A DNA stretch of 11,174 bases from a bacterium (GTDB lineage: Bacteria; Zhuqueibacterota; Zhuqueibacteria; Oceanimicrobiales; Oceanimicrobiaceae), in assembly GCA_046757525.1 (NCBI GenBank), contig JBHHYI010000138.1, forward strand, positions 1 through 11,174. Direction: 5' to 3'. Each line of letters opens with the position of its first letter. Within the stretch, counting starts at the first letter, position 1. Shown here in pieces: positions 7,362 to 11,174 of the stretch. The translations under genes were made by a program, and so were the position numbers. The notes below the pieces were generated by a model, which worked only from the letters and a program-made list of their open reading frames with translations, was not told the origin of the DNA and did not search any database.

Positions 7362-7693
7362 TGGGATTGAGTTTTCTTGATCAACCTTTTTACGTCTTTA
7401 TAGTATCCACATCTTGCGCAAATTGCAGAAAACAAGTGCTTTTTACCGTGAGATATTCGGTGGGTTGAGTGGAGCTGACGTAGAACGCAGCGGTCGCACC
7501 TGACCATGTCCAGAGGCAAGGGCACCGGTCTGTTCGGTTCCCCGGGCTGCCACCATGCCCGGGACCAGGACGATGGCAGACTGGCAATCGTTCTGAGGCG
7601 CCGGGGGTGACCCAACTCCATGGACCGGCGCCTGGTGGGCCGTGACAGTGTGACACACGTTTGCTTGTTTCCCCTTACTCTCTAAAAAACATC

Positions 7694-7725
7694 TTGACAA
7701 ATATGAAAATATTGTTAACTTTCAT
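7694..7725 (+). promoter_or_regulatory. Putative sigma70 promoter of the radical SAM gene with an overlapping inverted repeat
   Basis: Consensus -35 TTGACA (7694-7699), 16-bp spacer, TGn-extended -10 TAACTT (TG 7713-7714, hexamer 7716-7721). Inverted repeat ATGAAA (7703-7708)-N11-TTTCAT (7720-7725). SD AAGGA at 7779-7783. Confidence 0.6.
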
Positions 7726-7790
7726 GCAATGTATTCCTCACCTGATTCATAAACAAGTACCTATCTAAACTTAATCTTAAGGATTACAAA

Positions 7791-9422
7791 ATGAAAGTTG
7801 CATATATCCATCCACAATTTCCAGATACTCTTTGGAGTTTCCGTGGGATCAGGCCAATAACAGGGGTTAAGACGGCGTTTGCTCCGCTGGGACTTGCGAC
7901 TGCTGTCGCTTTGACACCGGAAGATTGGGACACTGAAATCTACGACGAAGAGATTGAGCCCATCAATTATGATACGGACGCCGATTTAATCGCTTTGACC
8001 GCCTTCAACGTGCAGGCCCAGAGAGCTTACGGGATCGCCGCTGAATTCAGAAAGCGTGGCAAACATGTTGTGCTTGGTGGACCGTATGCATCCTTGTGTC
8101 CTGAGAACGTAAGGCCTTATGTCGATTCGGTCGTTTCCGGCGAATGCGAATACATCTGGCCGGAGTTTCTGAACGATTTCAAGAACGGCCGTCATAAGGA
8201 TTTCTACCGCCAGGAGGAAAAAGTCAACATGGCCGATTCGCCAATTCCAGCCTTTGAAATGTTGGATGCCAAAGCCTACCAAGCGTTTTATGTGCAGACA
8301 ACCCGTGGCTGCCCTTTTGATTGCGAATTCTGTGATATCATCATTACCGATGGCCGGGTTCCTCGCACCAAATCTGTTGAGCAGGTTCTTGCTGAGGTGA
8401 ACAAACTGCGCGAATTGGGGGTAAAATATGTCACCTTTAGCGATGCTAATTACATAGCCAATACCAAGTTCGCCAAGGAACTCACGAGCGAACTGATCAA
8501 CTTCTGCAAGAAATACAACTATCCTATCTCTTTTGCCTGCGAAGCGACCTTAAACCTGGCTGGCAAAGATGATTTGCTGAGCAAGATGCAGGCAGCCAAT
8601 TTTGAGACGATCTTCGTTGGCATCGAATCACCGCGAAAAGCCAGTTTGCTGGAAACCAACAAACGACAAAACACCCACGGTTCCATCGTCGATGACGTAC
8701 ACAAGATTCTCTCTTACAATATGGCCGTCATCGCCGGCATGATCGTAGGGTTTGACAACGACGACAAGGATATTTTCCAGGAGCAGTTTGACTTTTTGAT
8801 GGAAACAGGCATTCCATTTACCACCTCGGGAATTCTGGTGGCGATCGAAACCACGCCGCTTTATTATCGCATGCAACGCGAGGGCCGGCTGTTGGACTAC
8901 AATTATGAAGAACAAAAGGCCCACGGCGCTGCCGACATTAACTTCATTCCAAAACTCATGACCAAAGAGGAGATTGTCCAGGGGTACAATTGGTTGATTC
9001 GCGCTTTGTACGCCTACGACAACTATTCGAAACGATTGATCACCGCCATGCAACACTTTACACCTGGTCTCACCAAATTTCGCCAGAACAACCCCTTCAT
9101 GACGCTGAAAACGCCGAAAGTTCTGTTCAACATTGCCAAGCATTTCATTTTCACCAGAGACCGCAAGAGGCGGCACTTCTTCCTCAAGACCTTGAAGGAG
9201 AGTCTCAGAGGACATTTTTCCGTCCGAAAATTCGTGGAAGCGACTTCTTTTATGACTTTGCACAAGCATTTTCACGAATACATTACCAAAACCCACGGCG
9301 ATCCCGAAACTGTGGGCCCCTATTCACCTTTCTATCAGGAAGCTACTCAGGGCGAACAGGAAGAGGTAACGGAAGTCGAGGGGGTACAAAGTAAAGAAGA
9401 AGCCTCTGCTGAAGCCGTTTAA
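7791..9422 (+). CDS. Cobalamin (B12)-binding radical SAM protein (HpnP/DUF4070-type architecture)
   Basis: N-terminal B12-binding domain ('PLGLATAVALTP', 'VVLGGPYASLCPE', 'GECE'), radical SAM motif 'TRGCPFDCEFC' (CxxxCxxC), then 'FVGIES', 'IVGFDND', 'TPLYYRM..EGRL' and 'NFIPK.M'. Confidence 0.9.
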   Translation: MKVAYIHPQFPDTLWSFRGIRPITGVKTAFAPLGLATAVALTPEDWDTEIYDEEIEPINYDTDADLIALTAFNVQAQRAYGIAAEFRKRGKHVVLGGPYASLCPENVRPYVDSVVSGECEYIWPEFLNDFKNGRHKDFYRQEEKVNMADSPIPAFEMLDAKAYQAFYVQTTRGCPFDCEFCDIIITDGRVPRTKSVEQVLAEVNKLRELGVKYVTFSDANYIANTKFAKELTSELINFCKKYNYPISFACEATLNLAGKDDLLSKMQAANFETIFVGIESPRKASLLETNKRQNTHGSIVDDVHKILSYNMAVIAGMIVGFDNDDKDIFQEQFDFLMETGIPFTTSGILVAIETTPLYYRMQREGRLLDYNYEEQKAHGAADINFIPKLMTKEEIVQGYNWLIRALYAYDNYSKRLITAMQHFTPGLTKFRQNNPFMTLKTPKVLFNIAKHFIFTRDRKRRHFFLKTLKESLRGHFSVRKFVEATSFMTLHKHFHEYITKTHGDPETVGPYSPFYQEATQGEQEEVTEVEGVQSKEEASAEAV

Positions 9423-9457
9423 GAGGGGTTGATCCTTTGAGTAGACTTTGAGGAGTG

Positions 9458-9497
9458 CAAAAGGCGAACGGAGTATAACCCTTCGCCTTTTGTTTTT
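9458..9497 (+). terminator. Rho-independent terminator, possibly bidirectional
   Basis: CAAAAGGCGAA (9458-9468)/TTCGCCTTTTG (9482-9492) perfect 11-bp inverted repeat followed by TTTTT, 35 nt after the radical SAM stop. Confidence 0.85.
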
Positions 9498-9557
9498 GTA
9501 GGCAACCGAACCATCAAATCCCGCAAAGTACCCATACTAATCTATCGGAGGAGATTG

Positions 9558-11066
9558 ATGACTGAATTTCTTGAAGGCCTATTGAAGTTATCTTTGAACG
9601 TGTCTAATTTCATGTGGGGCGGCTGGATGATCGTTTTGCTCGTCGGGACCGGCGTCCTCCTGACCTTTATGACGGGTTTTGTTCAAATCAGAAAACTGGC
9701 TCTTTCTCTCAAGTTGGTGTTCCAGGGTTCAGGGAAAAAGGGCAAGGAGGACCTAAAAAAGGAAGAAGGCGACATTTCTCCTTTTGCTGCTCTGATGACC
9801 GCACTGGCAGCCACGGTAGGCAACGGCAACATCGCTGGTGTAGCTACGGCCATCGCCACGGGCGGACCTGGTGCCCCTTTCTGGATGTGGCTGTCCGCCA
9901 TCTTTGGCATGGCCACCAAGTACGCAGAGGGGTTTCTGGGCGTTAAGTACCGCAAGATCGCCGAAGACGGCTCCATGTCTGGGGGTCCCATGTATTATAT
10001 CCGGCACGGGATAAAAAACACGGCGATTGCTAAACCGCTCGGCATGCTGTTCGCCATCTGCGGCGCTATGACTGCACTGTTCGGCACCGGCAATATGATG
10101 CAGTCCAATTCCATGGCCCTGGCTTTTAAGACACAATTTCAGGTGCCCACGCTCCTCAGCGCCATTGTTATCACCTTGTTGGTCGGATTGGTAATCATCG
10201 GCGGCATTAAACGAATCGGTGCGGTTGCCGAACGCTTGGTTCCATTCATGATCGTGTTCTATGTCTTAGGGGCCATGCTCATCATCCTGGTAAAGTTCAC
10301 GCAAATACCGGCAGCCTTCGTACTCATCTTTGAGTCGGCCTTTTCAGTACAAGCCGTTGGTGGCGCTTTGATCGGCACTTCGGTAAAACAGGCGATCAGT
10401 TTAGGGGTTCGCCGGGGCGTTTTGTCCAATGAAGCGGGCATGGGTTCGGCAGCCATTGCCCAGGCAGCCGCCAAATCGCCCAGCCCAACTTACAACGGAC
10501 TGATTGCCATGACCGGTGTCTTCATCGACACCATTGTGGTCAACACGATGACGACGCTGTCAATTGTGCTGACTGGCCTCTGGAGGCTCACTCCCGCGGC
10601 AGGCATTGCCCTCAGAACGCCCGGGCAGATTTTCGATGTCAGCCATGTGTCGCCGCAGGCCATGCACATGGCCAATCAGTTGGGCATTAAGCTCGCAGAA
10701 ACCGGCGGCTTGACCAGCACGCAACTGACCGCGGAGGCTTTCAATTCCATCGTGCCCTACGGGGGCATGGGCATCGCCATTGCCTCGCTGGTTTATGGCT
10801 ACACCACGCTCATCGGGTGGGCCTATTATGGCGAGCGGTGTATAGAGTACATCTTTGGCATCCGGTCCATCATGTCCTATCGGCTGGTCTATATCTTGTT
10901 GCTGTTTGTAGGCGCTTTGATGACAGGCAAGTATTTGAACATCGTTTGGTACACTGGCGACACCTTTAACGCCATCATGGCCCTGCCGAATTTAATTGGC
11001 CTGCTCTTCCTGGCAAAGATCGTCGCTTCTACCACCAAAAAATATTATCAAACGGGGCAATTTTAG
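9558..11066 (+). CDS. Alanine/glycine:cation symporter (AGCS / AlsT family)
   Basis: 'ISPFAALMTALAATVGNGNIAGVATAIATGGPGAPFWMW', 'GMATKYAE', 'GGPMYYI', 'GGIKRIG', 'RGVLSNEAGMGSA', 'FIDTIVV', 'GWAYYGE', 'MALPNLIGL'. SD GGAGG at 9547-9551 favours ATG 9558 over TTG 9555. Confidence 0.95.
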   Translation: MTEFLEGLLKLSLNVSNFMWGGWMIVLLVGTGVLLTFMTGFVQIRKLALSLKLVFQGSGKKGKEDLKKEEGDISPFAALMTALAATVGNGNIAGVATAIATGGPGAPFWMWLSAIFGMATKYAEGFLGVKYRKIAEDGSMSGGPMYYIRHGIKNTAIAKPLGMLFAICGAMTALFGTGNMMQSNSMALAFKTQFQVPTLLSAIVITLLVGLVIIGGIKRIGAVAERLVPFMIVFYVLGAMLIILVKFTQIPAAFVLIFESAFSVQAVGGALIGTSVKQAISLGVRRGVLSNEAGMGSAAIAQAAAKSPSPTYNGLIAMTGVFIDTIVVNTMTTLSIVLTGLWRLTPAAGIALRTPGQIFDVSHVSPQAMHMANQLGIKLAETGGLTSTQLTAEAFNSIVPYGGMGIAIASLVYGYTTLIGWAYYGERCIEYIFGIRSIMSYRLVYILLLFVGALMTGKYLNIVWYTGDTFNAIMALPNLIGLLFLAKIVASTTKKYYQTGQF

Positions 11067-11125
11067 GAGCATCGAGCAACACAGGCTGCTTTTATAACTC
11101 ATAACAGTTCAGGCCATAGTTGGAT

Positions 11126-11149
11126 CGTTCAGTATGTCTATGCTGAACG
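11126..11149. other. Stem-loop downstream of the symporter gene
   Basis: CGTTCAGTAT-GTCT-ATGCTGAACG forms a 10-bp stem with one T-G pair and a 4-nt loop. There is no U-tract, so it is not called a terminator. Confidence 0.4.
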
Positions 11150-11174
11150 CACATTAAGTCAGGATATTTATCCC

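Noticed and set aside
7515..7590. Cobalamin riboswitch upstream of the B12 radical SAM gene
   Set aside because: AAGGGCACCGGT...CCGGGCTGCC is only vaguely similar. The conserved GGGAA, RCUGU and AGYCAGRARACC elements are missing, and it lies upstream of the predicted promoter.
7268..7700. 85-117 aa minus-strand ORFs in the divergent intergenic region
   Set aside because: All three frames are open because GC-rich DNA has few stops. The products are Pro/Gly/Arg/Cys-rich with no motifs.
9423..9557. Glycine riboswitch ahead of the alanine/glycine symporter
   Set aside because: No GGAGA...CCGAAG...CUCUCAGG aptamer core, and the short spacer is mostly occupied by the terminator.
11092..11174. Possible 3' end of a convergent minus-strand gene (...DKYPDLMCVQHRHTERSNYGLNCYEL-stop)
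   Set aside because: Only 26 codons are visible, too few to distinguish from a chance open frame.

Overview
Bacterial chromosomal window with seven protein-coding genes. On the minus strand, in transcription order: a WcaJ-type undecaprenyl-phosphate sugar phosphotransferase (5958-7361), a Wzi-like outer-membrane protein (4066-5631), an AT-richer two-gene type II restriction-modification cassette (D12-class m6A methyltransferase 2916-3749 plus a SacI-family-like PD-(D/E)xK endonuclease), an HpnA/DFR-like NAD-dependent epimerase (675-1667) and a small SCP2-like protein (307-666). On the plus strand: a B12-binding radical SAM enzyme (7791-9422), an intrinsic terminator and an AGCS-family Na+/alanine-glycine symporter (9558-11066). 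The clearest oddity is in the endonuclease: a perfect 10-bp tandem duplication (AAAGATTTGA x2, 1931-1950) shifts the frame, and removing one copy restores a 370-aa ORF ending at 1788. The cassette is bracketed by a 10-bp direct repeat and preceded by a promoter with a perfect Shine-Dalgarno that drives only a 28-codon Phe-rich ORF. Two structured non-coding elements stand out: a ~100-nt four-way cloverleaf at 58-159 and a GC-rich hairpin array at ~7474-7658. Family assignments come from motif recognition only; no database searches were run.
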